Shown here: piece by piece, positions 9,800 to 19,221 of the stretch
Numbering within the stretch: the stretch's first letter is position 1
Layout: each line of letters begins with the position of its first letter
Assembly: GCA_003697105.1 (NCBI GenBank)
Contig: RFFQ01000170.1
Coordinates: 1-55,172, forward strand
DNA from: Gemmatimonadota bacterium
GTDB taxonomy: Bacteria > 4572-55 > J002
Length of the DNA: 55,172 bases
Reading direction: 5' to 3'
The notes under the pieces: model-generated
The model's database searches: none
The model's input: only the letters and a program-made list of their open reading frames with translations
Told to the model about the DNA's origin: nothing
Program-made: the position numbers and the translations under genes

Positions 9800-10393
9800 A
9801 TGGAATCGTTACAGATGGATTTTGATATTGGTAAACGCATTAAAGCGTTGCGGGAGGACCAATCTCTCTCGTTACGGGCACTGGCTAAAAAATGCGGTCT
9901 TTCATTTAATGCGATTAGCCGCATCGAACGGGGCGAGAATTCACCCTCCGTCGTGACCTTGCACCGGTTAGCAACCGCCTTTGGTGTACCGATTACCTAT
10001 TTTTTTATGAAAGAGGTGGAACAAAAGATCATTTTTACCAAACATAATGAAGGGATCGTTTCGCGATCCAGTGGATTTGAGATGCAAAGCCTCGGCAGCG
10101 GGTTGATCCACCAGCAACTTGAACCATTTCACATGCTGATCAAACCCGGCGGACGCCGTTTTACAGACCCAGTGAGCCACGCCGGCGACGAACTCGTCTA
10201 TTGCTTGGAAGGCAAGCTGGAATATAAAGTAGAACATCAAGTATTCACCCTAGAAAAAGGCGATTCGCTCTTTTTCAAAGGCGACCAAGGGCACTGCTGG
10301 CGAAATCCGTTTTCAGCGGAAGCACGGGTGTTGATCATTTTTCAATCCACCCCGAACAAACACAATCTGTTTCAAGGACATCTAACCAATTAA
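9800..10393 (+). CDS. XRE-family HTH plus cupin transcriptional regulator
   Basis: N-terminal HTH (ISRIERGENSPS), C-terminal cupin (H.GDE...GDSLFF...H); GAGG SD. Confidence 0.92.
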   Translation: MESLQMDFDIGKRIKALREDQSLSLRALAKKCGLSFNAISRIERGENSPSVVTLHRLATAFGVPITYFFMKEVEQKIIFTKHNEGIVSRSSGFEMQSLGSGLIHQQLEPFHMLIKPGGRRFTDPVSHAGDELVYCLEGKLEYKVEHQVFTLEKGDSLFFKGDQGHCWRNPFSAEARVLIIFQSTPNKHNLFQGHLTN

Positions 10394-10424
10394 ACCACGG
10401 ATTTGACCCGCGACCACCATTTTC

Positions 10425-10452
10425 AGGGGCGTTCTTTCAACGCCCCTATTTT
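10425..10452 (+). terminator. intrinsic terminator
   Basis: AGGGGCGTT ctttc AACGCCCCT ATTTT. Confidence 0.6.
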
Positions 10453-10483
10453 CATACCACCTCACCCTAAAACGTGCAGCACC

Positions 10484-12670
10484 ATGAAACCCACTTTCAA
10501 AACAAAACAGGGACACCCCTTACCCTTGGGAGTTTCCATTCAACCGGATGGACTGAATTTCGCGATTTTTTCCCGGCACGCCACCCATGTCTGGCTTCTC
10601 TTGTTTGAATCCGAAAAGCACGATCCCCTTGTCGAAATCGAACTCGACCCCGCGGTTCACCGCACCGGTGATGTCTGGCACATTCTGCTCTCAGATTTGC
10701 GGGGACTGCATCCCGCCTTCCAGGCGGACTTCCGCCGGACTACCGACCTGAAATCTGCCCTTCAACACCTAAGATCAACGTTACGTTACGGCTACCGGAT
10801 GGACCGCCAACCTAATGAAGCACCTCACATCTACCGGTTTGATCCCAATGAAGTCCTGATTGATCCCTATGCCAAAGCGTTGACCGGCGGCGAACGCTGG
10901 GGGGTATGGCAACGCCGTCAGGGAGACGATCATCCCAAAATATCAAGCCGAAATGTAGAAGTCCGCAAATACCGGAATCTGATCATTGAAGACGATTTCG
11001 ATTGGGGTGCGGATCGACCGCTCAATCGCCCAATGTCAGAATTGGTGATTTATGAACTCCATGTCCGCGGTTTTACCCGGCATAAATCGGCGCAAGTCGA
11101 TCATCCCGGCACCTATCGCGGATTGATCGAAAAAATCCCATACCTGAAAAATCTAGGCATTAACGCCGTAGAATTATTACCCATTTTTGAGTTTGAAGAA
11201 CTGGATCGGGACACATTCAACCCCCAGACGGGGGAGCGACACCTCAACTTTTGGGGCTACCACCCGATCAACTTTTTTGCACCCAAAGCCGGATATGCCG
11301 CTGAAGGTAAAAATGGTAATGCGGTACGAGAATTTAAGGAGATGGTCAAAGCATTCCACCAAGCGGGAATTGAAGTCATTTTGGATGTGGTGTTCAATCA
11401 TACCGGTGAAGGTGACGAAACGGGGCATATCTTTTCATTCAAAGGTATTGATAATCCGATCTACTACATGTTGGATGAGCAAGGGCACTACCGGAATTAC
11501 GCCGGTTGTGGCAATGTACTGAACTGCAATTATCCGGTCGTGCATGACCTGATCATCGATGCCCTGCGCTACTGGGTGACCGAGATGCATATTGATGGCT
11601 TCCGGTTCGATTTAGCATCCATTTTAACCCGCGGGCGAGACGGTCAACCGATGGCAAATCCAGCCTTAATCGATCACATTACCGCCGACCCCATTTTAGC
11701 GGATACAAAGCTGATTGCCGAAGCATGGGATGCGGCGGGATTGTATCAGGTAGGCACCTTTCCAGCATGGGGACGGTGGGCAGAATGGAACGGCAAGTAC
11801 CGGGATGACATCCGCCGGTTTGTCAAGAGTGACCCCGGTCTGGTACCAGCACTAGCACAACGGCTACTTGGCAGCCCCGACATTTATGAGCCAAGCGGAC
11901 GTCACCCCTTCCACAGCATTAACTTTATTACCTGCCATGATGGCTTTACCCTGCATGATCTGGTCAGTTACAACGAAAAACACAACTGGGAAAACGGCGA
12001 ACAAAATCAAGATGGAAGTAATGATAATTACAGTTGGAACTGTGGCGTAGAGGGCGAGACAGACAACCCGCAAATCCAGCGCTTGCGGCGGCAACAGATG
12101 AAAAACTTCCTGACCTTACTGATGCTCTCCAACGGGGTGCCCTTGCTCACAGCGGGGGATGAATTCGCCCGTACCCAACAAGGCAATAACAACGCCTATT
12201 GCCATGACAGCCCGCTCACGTGGGTTGATTGGACATTGGCGGATAAACACGCTGAGTTATTCCGGTTCACGCGCGAGTTGATCGCCTTCCGGCACGAGAT
12301 CAAACATTTACGGCTACAATACTACCATGATCCGGCAGTGGAAATCTATTTTCATGGGGTAAAATTACACGAGCCGGACTGGTCGTATGACTCCCGTAGC
12401 CTAGCAATGCAGATTATTAGTGGCGATAAGCGTCACCGGATTCAACAAATGATGATCATCTGCAATGCCCATTGGGAATCCCTGAAATTTGAACTACCGA
12501 TACTGCCAAAGGGCAAAAAATGGCATTTGAAGATTGACACATCTTTCGTAAAACCGTATGATATTATGGAAACTGGCAAAGAAAAGTCCGTGCGCAACCC
12601 GCAACATTATAAAATTGCCGCCCGCAGTACGGTGGTACTGGTGGCAAAGTCTTCTAGAAAGAAGAAATAA
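10484..12670 (+). CDS. glgX: glycogen debranching enzyme / isoamylase (GH13)
   Basis: DVVFNHT, DGFRFDLA, AEAWD, CHDGFTL; likely ATG 10484. Confidence 0.95.
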   Translation: MKPTFKTKQGHPLPLGVSIQPDGLNFAIFSRHATHVWLLLFESEKHDPLVEIELDPAVHRTGDVWHILLSDLRGLHPAFQADFRRTTDLKSALQHLRSTLRYGYRMDRQPNEAPHIYRFDPNEVLIDPYAKALTGGERWGVWQRRQGDDHPKISSRNVEVRKYRNLIIEDDFDWGADRPLNRPMSELVIYELHVRGFTRHKSAQVDHPGTYRGLIEKIPYLKNLGINAVELLPIFEFEELDRDTFNPQTGERHLNFWGYHPINFFAPKAGYAAEGKNGNAVREFKEMVKAFHQAGIEVILDVVFNHTGEGDETGHIFSFKGIDNPIYYMLDEQGHYRNYAGCGNVLNCNYPVVHDLIIDALRYWVTEMHIDGFRFDLASILTRGRDGQPMANPALIDHITADPILADTKLIAEAWDAAGLYQVGTFPAWGRWAEWNGKYRDDIRRFVKSDPGLVPALAQRLLGSPDIYEPSGRHPFHSINFITCHDGFTLHDLVSYNEKHNWENGEQNQDGSNDNYSWNCGVEGETDNPQIQRLRRQQMKNFLTLLMLSNGVPLLTAGDEFARTQQGNNNAYCHDSPLTWVDWTLADKHAELFRFTRELIAFRHEIKHLRLQYYHDPAVEIYFHGVKLHEPDWSYDSRSLAMQIISGDKRHRIQQMMIICNAHWESLKFELPILPKGKKWHLKIDTSFVKPYDIMETGKEKSVRNPQHYKIAARSTVVLVAKSSRKKK

Positions 12671-12726
12671 CCGTGTTCCGGTTTTGAGGCAAATATCTGC
12701 TTTTCACCAAAAGGAGAACTTTTCAA

Positions 12727-13772
12727 ATGACACATAAGAAAAAATCAGAAAAAGTGCCCTCCAAGATGAAAGCACGTTACGAGGAGATTATCACGTTGAC
12801 AAACACCTTCTGCGCGGAACATCTGGACGAGGAATATGCCCAACTTTGCCGTTATGCCGCGGCGGCTTTGGCACGGAAACGTCCTTCACCACTGGAAAAG
12901 GGACGGGTTAAAAGCTGGGCGTGCGGTATTGCGTATGCCATGGGGTATGTCAATTTCCTCTCCGACTCCAGCCAAGACCCCCACATGTCTATGGGAGACC
13001 TGTGTGCGGCATTTGGGGTCAGTACAAGTACCGGTAGCACCAAATCCAAAGAAGTTCGGGAAGCCCTTGGTGGTATCGAACGCCTAGACCCCGCATGGAC
13101 AGTACCAAGCCAAATTGAAAATAACCCATTTGCGTGGATGGTGGAAACTTCAGAAGGACTCATTCTGGATTCCCGCTCGTTCCCTGCCATTATACGACAA
13201 GCCTTATACGAAGAAGGTATTTTGCCCTTCCCCCCGAATGAAGAAGAGGTGATAGAAAACATCATGGAACTGATGACAAATGAGCCAGACGACGAATTGG
13301 ACGACACCCCCCCTCGGTCTTCTGCACCCGCATCTCGAAAAACCTCAAAACCTAAAAAAAGCAACCCCAATAAACCGCGCTGTGGCTTAGGTGGAAAACA
13401 GGAAAATCTAACCCGAACCCCCTTTGTGGGGAATGGATTTGTGATGATGCTCACGAATACCAGTTATTTTCCTACGCCCGAAATAGCGGTTACCGCAACC
13501 ATGACCGGCACACCTTGTGTTCCTTTCATTACCATGAGGGGCACAAAGGGAACTGGCAAGATTGCGAAGAGTGCAAAGCCAAGTTCGATACCGAGATGTA
13601 TGTCTGGTACGGCACAAATGAGTATAATTTTACTGTGCTGGAAAATCCCCCGGAATACGAACCCACCCATTGCGCAAAATGTGGCAAGGTAATTCCGCTG
13701 GTCGATGGCGGGTACTCGGTAAGATGAGAAAAATATTTTTGTTATGACTGTACAGATTTCTTCCACTCTTAA
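12727..13772 (+). pseudogene. DUF6398-like N-terminal domain fused to a Cys/His-rich C-terminal domain disrupted by a frameshift and an in-frame TGA
   Basis: Protein-like sequence continues in the -1 frame after about 13424 (CGEWICDD...CSFHYHEGH...CEEC...CAKCG), has TGA at 13725, then EKYFCYDC and TAA at 13770. Confidence 0.75.
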
Positions 13773-13804
13773 ATTAATACCTCAATAACTTCATGGAGTG
13801 TTAC

Positions 13805-14254
13805 ATGGGTAAATTGATCGGCAGTATGTCTTTGTTTGCCCTAGCGGGTTTTATGCTGGTGGGCTTTTTTCAATCTGGGATTGGGTTTACGGCAACCGGA
13901 CTTGCCGCCCTGCTCATTGCGGTCGGATTACCGGCAGCAGGGGGTGCTTATCTGCTATACAGCCATTACCGGCAAAAACAGCAACTGAAGGGCAGTAAAA
14001 AACGCTTGAAGATGCAAACGCTTGAAGCCGAGATCATTAAATTAAGCGGTCAAAAAGGGGGCAAACTAACCGTGGTCGAGGTCGTCAGTGCGCTCGCGGT
14101 TGATAATCAGATCGCCAAAGAAGCGTTGGAATCCCTCAGTGTACAAGGGTTGGCAGAACCGGAAGTAACCGAACGTGGCATGATTGTTTACTCCTTCTAT
14201 GATGTGCAAAATCTACCGGATAAATCCACCGCGAAAGGAGTGTTAGATGACTAA
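13805..14254 (+). CDS. hypothetical membrane protein (2 TM plus a winged-helix-like C-terminus)
   Basis: GGAG SD; two hydrophobic segments; GGKLTVVEV...EALESL...GL pattern. Confidence 0.75.
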   Translation: MGKLIGSMSLFALAGFMLVGFFQSGIGFTATGLAALLIAVGLPAAGGAYLLYSHYRQKQQLKGSKKRLKMQTLEAEIIKLSGQKGGKLTVVEVVSALAVDNQIAKEALESLSVQGLAEPEVTERGMIVYSFYDVQNLPDKSTAKGVLDD

Positions 14255-14954
14255 ATTTGAAGAACGGTACGACTGCCCGGTCTGTTTAGGGGTAAAAATG
14301 GACAAACTGAAAGTGGCACCACAGGCAACGTTTTTGGTCGATCACTGTCGCCGGTGCGGGGGAATGTGGTTTGATCAAGGTGAAGTGCAACTCCTGCGGC
14401 AAACCAGTGCCAAAGTGCTGGCACGGAAGATCAACCTCAAGCCAGAAGCGTATCAGATGCAATGTCACAGTTGCCACACCCGCATGGACCGCAATCTGGA
14501 TAAGTGCCCCAACTGTAATTGGAAAAATATCATCAATTGTCCCTGTTGCCACCAGCCCCTCAAACCGGTGGAACATAGCGGGTTGCGGTTGGATATCTGC
14601 AAAACGTGTAAAGGGGTCTGGTTTGATCAGATTGAGTTAGCCCAAATCTGGAACATCCAACTAGACCACCTGGCAAAACGCAAAAAAGGTGTGCTCACAA
14701 CCGCGGGTGAAGCCGGTGAGGAGGCCGCAGAACTTTTCACCGAAGCCTTGATCTACGACCCCTTTTTGACACTTATCGCCGTCGATACCGCCTTAGATGT
14801 GGGGGCGGCAGTTGGCGGAACCATTTTGGATATTTCCGGCGAGGCGATCTCCAACGCGCCGGAGATGGCTGGCGCGGTATTTGAAGGCGGTGCGGAGCTT
14901 GCCGGTAGCATTTTTGAAGCAATTGCCGAGATCATCGCCAGCCTTTTTGAATGA
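14247..14954 (+). CDS. multi zinc-ribbon protein (zf-TFIIB-like repeats)
   Basis: CPVC..CRRCGGMWFDQGE, CHSC..CPNC, CPCC..CKTCKGVWFD..EL. Confidence 0.85.
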   Translation: MTKFEERYDCPVCLGVKMDKLKVAPQATFLVDHCRRCGGMWFDQGEVQLLRQTSAKVLARKINLKPEAYQMQCHSCHTRMDRNLDKCPNCNWKNIINCPCCHQPLKPVEHSGLRLDICKTCKGVWFDQIELAQIWNIQLDHLAKRKKGVLTTAGEAGEEAAELFTEALIYDPFLTLIAVDTALDVGAAVGGTILDISGEAISNAPEMAGAVFEGGAELAGSIFEAIAEIIASLFE

Positions 14955-14961
14955 GAAGACC

Positions 14962-15483
14962 ATGACCATTATCCGTGAATTTCCGGTGAACCCGCAAATT
15001 TTGATCTACCATGTACGGGATCGCCTCACCTCAGCTATCATTGAAACGTATCACCCCCGATCCCAAGCAAAGCCACCGGATTTTGTCCATAAGTTGCTGG
15101 AAATAAATGATATTATTGAGATCAACATCATGCCTTACCGCATCTGGTTGCGCAAAACAAAATCCGCCGGATGGCAACCGTTAATTCCACCGATTGAACG
15201 CATATTGAGCACTCAATTTGATGTCTCGGAGGTAGGTCAACCTGTGTTGGGCGACCAAACACGATCCTTCCACCATTCGCTACCCCATCTCCAGCAAAAA
15301 CAGGTTTACGAAGCACCGGCAATGGTTAAATCCGATCCCCTTGCCATAGAACTTTTTGCGATTGATGGCGTTCAGGCAGTCACCATCACCCCGGAAGAAA
15401 TTCAAATTAAAAAAGCCCAGCTCTTTTCATGGTCTGAACTGATTCCCCAAATTGAATCTACGCTTTCAGGAAAAGCCATCTAA
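14962..15483 (+). CDS. protein with duplicated Nfu/NifU N-terminal-like domains
   Basis: Two similar segments: LLEINDI..I....I.LRK....W..LIP.IE..L and LFAIDGV..V....I.IKK....W.ELIP.IE..L. Confidence 0.65.
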   Translation: MTIIREFPVNPQILIYHVRDRLTSAIIETYHPRSQAKPPDFVHKLLEINDIIEINIMPYRIWLRKTKSAGWQPLIPPIERILSTQFDVSEVGQPVLGDQTRSFHHSLPHLQQKQVYEAPAMVKSDPLAIELFAIDGVQAVTITPEEIQIKKAQLFSWSELIPQIESTLSGKAI

Positions 15484-15519
15484 CAGGGGTCATTCCTCCG
15501 AGAAGCGGAGAAACTCTGC

Positions 15520-15548
15520 TTGACATCCTCTTCACATTTTGGTAATAT
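15520..15548 (+). promoter_or_regulatory. sigma70-type promoter
   Basis: TTGACA-17 bp-TAATAT with TGn extension. Confidence 0.65.
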
Positions 15549-15609
15549 TTTAAACTGAACAATGCATAATATAGCAGCCATTTGTCTTTGAACCATTTGA
15601 GGTGGTACG

Positions 15610-18600
15610 GTGAAAACTATCGGCAAATATGAAATTGTGGAAGAACTGGACAAAGGAGATGTCGGGACATACTATCGAGTGCAGGATTTGGTTAATGAAA
15701 CATCATTTTTAATTCAGGAATTATACCCCAAACATGCCAACGATGATAATTTTGTCCGTCGCTTCCAACGAGCAGTAAAAGCCTCAGAATTTCTGCAACA
15801 TGATAATATTCTGAATACATTTGAATTTGGAAAATCAGAAACTTCAGTGTTCAATGTTTCGGACTACCACGACGGGTTAACCGTAAGCAAACTGTTGGCA
15901 CGTGTCAAGAAAATCCCGCTGGAAGTCAGTTGTGAGATTATCATCCAAAGTTGCCAAGGCTTGAAAAAAGCGCATCAGGAGAACATTATCCACCGGAACT
16001 TAAAACCCAATTTTATTTTGGTCGGCCGGGATGGCATTGTGCGCATTTCTGATTTTGGCCTAGCCTACAACGATGAAAAACTCGGGTCCATTCATTTGGT
16101 ACCCGCCCAGATTGGCACGGCGCATTATTTATCCAGTGAATTAGCTCTGGGGATGAAGCTGGATCAGCGGGCAGATATTTTCTCCTTGGGAATCATCTTT
16201 TATGAGATGTTGACCGGAGTGAATCCTTTTGCGGCAGAGACGTTTGCCGCTACGTTTACCAAGCTGAAATCCGAGGAACCGCCGGAAGCATTGATGAACC
16301 TCAACCCGGAGCTTCCAGAACGGATAAATACCATCGTCCAAAAGATGCTCAAGAAAAACCGCAATGACCGGTATAAAACATGCGATGATGTTCTGGATGA
16401 TCTGGCGTCATTCCTAAAATCGGTGGCGTTGCCCAGCGGCAAAGAACTACTAATACAATACATGCAAAGTCCAGAAAGCTATGCTCCAACACCGATTCCT
16501 GCAGAAAAACCACCTATCGTGGCGCCACCACCCTCTACTCCGGTAGAAACACCGGTTACCAGCGAAGAGACCGCTTTTTTTGAAGTTGATGTTCCCGCAT
16601 CGCCGCCCGTACAACCTGTCACTCCAGCAGATGAGAGCTTTGATCTGGATTTGGATATGACACCGGATGTGCCGGTAACCAGCCCCCCACCCGCCGAACC
16701 GGTAGCTTCTACCGCTAACGATTTTTTAGACTTAGATACGCCCGCCGCACCGGCACCACCGGTGGAGACGGTATCTTCCAGTGCGGATGATGATTTTCTG
16801 GATTTGGATATTCCAGCCCCAACACCCGCCCCGCCGGTAGCGGATCAGGTCGATGGGGGCACCCAACCCGTCTCATCCAGTACCGACGATGATTTTTTGG
16901 ATTTAGATATTCCGACAGCGGTCACAACACCGGAACCCACGCCTGCTTCCACCACAGATGATGACTTTCTGGATTTAGATACACCTCCGCCAGCCTCTGA
17001 AACCCCGGGGACACCTCCTGAACCCGCCACTCTCGACGATGATTTTTTAGATTTGGATGCACCCGCACCGGAAATTACACCCGCATCACCACCCCAACAA
17101 GAAGAAGAAACCTCCTTTTTTGACGTTGGTGCACCACCGGCCGCACCCGCTTCTGAACCGGCAGGGGTTGAAACGCCTGATACGGCTGAAGATGATGCCT
17201 TTTTCAATACGGTTGAAGGTCCACCAGAGCAGGTGACTCCCGAAGAAGTCGATGAAACCGCCGTATTTGAAAATCCACTCTTCCAAACCGGGGAACCGGT
17301 AGCAGCAAAACAACCACCCAGTGATACATCTGACGATCTGATTTTTACGGAAAAAACGGATGAGATCGAACTTACAGCGGGGGTCACTGCTAGTGAAGAA
17401 ACCTCCATTTTATCCGATGTTGATCTGGCAAGTGAGTTCAAAGAACCCACTCCCGTAGAGGCACCCAGCGCCCGCTCCGAAGAACCCCCCATGCCACCAC
17501 CAGAGCCATTGGACGAAGATTTACAATTCACGGATTTTAACGAAGATGTCGAAATTTTAGAGGACATCCCTGAGCTGGAAGATACAAAAGTCATCGAACC
17601 GGTACCTCAAACCGCCAAAGCGGAGCCGAAACCAAAACCAGAGCCAAAACCAGAGCCTCCCAAACCAAAAGCGGAAACACCAAAACCGAAACCGAAACCA
17701 GCACCTCCCAAACCAAAAGCGGAAACACCAAAACCGAAACCGAAACCGGCACCTCCCAAACCAAAAGCGGAAACACCAAAACCGTCCGAACCCGAACCCA
17801 AAGCGGTAAAACCCCACCCCTCGTCGCCAGTCGATGAAAAGTGGGTAAAATACCTGGTGTGGGCGGCAGGTCTCCTGATTCTCATCAATGCCGGTCTCTT
17901 TTTCGGACTTCGGAACCCGCAGGAAGCCGTGCTACTGGTGGAAAGTACCCCGGACAATGCCAAAGTCGCCGTTAATGGAATTGTGCGGGCATCTCAAACT
18001 CCAGCCATTATACGAGCGTTGAAACCCGGCGAGCATTTGATCGAATTGACAAATGGTGATCTGGTGTTTCAGCATACCGTCACCCTCGAAGGTGGAAAAA
18101 AATACCGGCTCGTCGCCACGTTGTATGACCCCTCGCTATTGGAAGAGATGGAAGAACCGGCATCCACGCCAACGGTCATCGCCGAAGAGAGCGAAAATTT
18201 ACGGCAAGTTAAAATATTATCGGAACCTTCGGGAGCGTACATTTATATCAATGGTGAGCCGGCAGGCACCTCACCCAGCACAGTAAATTTACCTTTGGGT
18301 ACCGTTGAAGTCAAACTGATCGCCGTGGGATATGAAGATTACGTGACCGAAATCGGGCATACCGAGACGCCTCAAGAACTTAAAATTACGCTCACGCCCA
18401 TAGAACAACCGGCAGAGGTTGTGGCGGAAACCCCCACCACACCGGACCAGCCCGAAGAAACAACCTTTTCCACAACGATTTCTACGAATCCACCGGGCGC
18501 AACGGTGTATGTCCAAGGGAAAGCATACGATCAAAAAACCCCACTGTCCTTGGAGCTACCTACCGGAGATTATCCGGTACGGATCGAAATCGAAGGATAT

Positions 18601-19110
18601 AAACCGGTCACCAAAAACATCTATCCGGGTTTAGGGGAGTTGACGGTGAATTTGGAAGCAGAGACACCTCGTTTAGCCACCGCTCCGGAAACACCCGCAC
18701 CGGAACAACCGGTAAGCCGTCCCCCGTTATTGGCATCTGCGAGTATCAACGGCAATATGGGGCGAAGCGGCGCCCAGAAGATCGATCTCACAAAACCCAG
18801 CACCCAATTAACCGCGCTACCAACATCCTACCGGCGGGGAGTTAAACTTCTAGGGTCAACCGCACAACTACCCGCCGAATTAACCCAATACGCCGAATTA
18901 CGGGTCGCTATTGACACCGTAACAGATATTTATATCAACGGGCACTATCAAGCGAGTACGCCACTAAGCAAACGTATCAAACTGGCACCGGGGGATCACA
19001 TCATCCGAATCGTGGACCCGCAAGGGATTTATCGCGATTATGTGAAAAAGGTCAGTGTGAACGTCGGGGATCAAATCTCGATCTCTACCTCAGACTTGAA
19101 ACACCGGTAA
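15610..19110 (+). CDS. Hanks-type Ser/Thr (pseudo)kinase with long acidic/Pro-rich linker, one TM and C-terminal PEGA domains
   Basis: Kinase-fold motifs (HRNLKP, SDFGLA, DIFSLG); TM at VWAAGLLILINAGLFFG; PEGA repeats S.P.GA.VYING. Confidence 0.9.
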   Translation: MKTIGKYEIVEELDKGDVGTYYRVQDLVNETSFLIQELYPKHANDDNFVRRFQRAVKASEFLQHDNILNTFEFGKSETSVFNVSDYHDGLTVSKLLARVKKIPLEVSCEIIIQSCQGLKKAHQENIIHRNLKPNFILVGRDGIVRISDFGLAYNDEKLGSIHLVPAQIGTAHYLSSELALGMKLDQRADIFSLGIIFYEMLTGVNPFAAETFAATFTKLKSEEPPEALMNLNPELPERINTIVQKMLKKNRNDRYKTCDDVLDDLASFLKSVALPSGKELLIQYMQSPESYAPTPIPAEKPPIVAPPPSTPVETPVTSEETAFFEVDVPASPPVQPVTPADESFDLDLDMTPDVPVTSPPPAEPVASTANDFLDLDTPAAPAPPVETVSSSADDDFLDLDIPAPTPAPPVADQVDGGTQPVSSSTDDDFLDLDIPTAVTTPEPTPASTTDDDFLDLDTPPPASETPGTPPEPATLDDDFLDLDAPAPEITPASPPQQEEETSFFDVGAPPAAPASEPAGVETPDTAEDDAFFNTVEGPPEQVTPEEVDETAVFENPLFQTGEPVAAKQPPSDTSDDLIFTEKTDEIELTAGVTASEETSILSDVDLASEFKEPTPVEAPSARSEEPPMPPPEPLDEDLQFTDFNEDVEILEDIPELEDTKVIEPVPQTAKAEPKPKPEPKPEPPKPKAETPKPKPKPAPPKPKAETPKPKPKPAPPKPKAETPKPSEPEPKAVKPHPSSPVDEKWVKYLVWAAGLLILINAGLFFGLRNPQEAVLLVESTPDNAKVAVNGIVRASQTPAIIRALKPGEHLIELTNGDLVFQHTVTLEGGKKYRLVATLYDPSLLEEMEEPASTPTVIAEESENLRQVKILSEPSGAYIYINGEPAGTSPSTVNLPLGTVEVKLIAVGYEDYVTEIGHTETPQELKITLTPIEQPAEVVAETPTTPDQPEETTFSTTISTNPPGATVYVQGKAYDQKTPLSLELPTGDYPVRIEIEGYKPVTKNIYPGLGELTVNLEAETPRLATAPETPAPEQPVSRPPLLASASINGNMGRSGAQKIDLTKPSTQLTALPTSYRRGVKLLGSTAQLPAELTQYAELRVAIDTVTDIYINGHYQASTPLSKRIKLAPGDHIIRIVDPQGIYRDYVKKVSVNVGDQISISTSDLKHR
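16630..17070 (+). repeat. five to six in-frame DDDFLDLD(I/T/A)P motifs separated by Pro/Ala/Thr spacers
   Basis: Copies near 16717, 16786, 16884, 16957 and 17035 plus a degenerate one near 16630. Confidence 0.85.
17656..17784 (+). repeat. 48-bp in-frame tandem repeat (PPKPKAETPKPKPKPA, about 2.7 copies)
   Basis: Units start at 17656, 17704 and 17752 and are nearly identical. Confidence 0.92.
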
Positions 19111-19140
19111 CATGGAACATCTCGCCGGTAAGGGAGGATG

Positions 19141-19176
19141 GCGACATCGAGTTAAACATCTCGATGTCGCTTTTTT
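19141..19176 (+). terminator. intrinsic terminator
   Basis: GCGACATCGAG ttaaacat CTCGATGTCGC TTTTTT. Confidence 0.85.
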
Positions 19177-19221
19177 CGCAAAAATCACCCTTACGACCTC
19201 AACACAGAAATAGGTAGCACT

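Noticed and set aside
13416-13428. Programmed -1 frameshift at CCCCCTTTG
   Set aside because: The X XXY YYZ heptamer is not in the zero-frame register; a single-base deletion is simpler
13725-13727. TGA as selenocysteine or an alternative genetic code
   Set aside because: It is not in a CxxC position, no SECIS-like hairpin is evident, other genes here end in TGA, and other lesions lie nearby
16845-17963. Long antisense ORFs (249 aa and the GFGFG/RFRFW repeats)
   Set aside because: Shadow frames of the Pro/Asp/Lys-rich kinase linker
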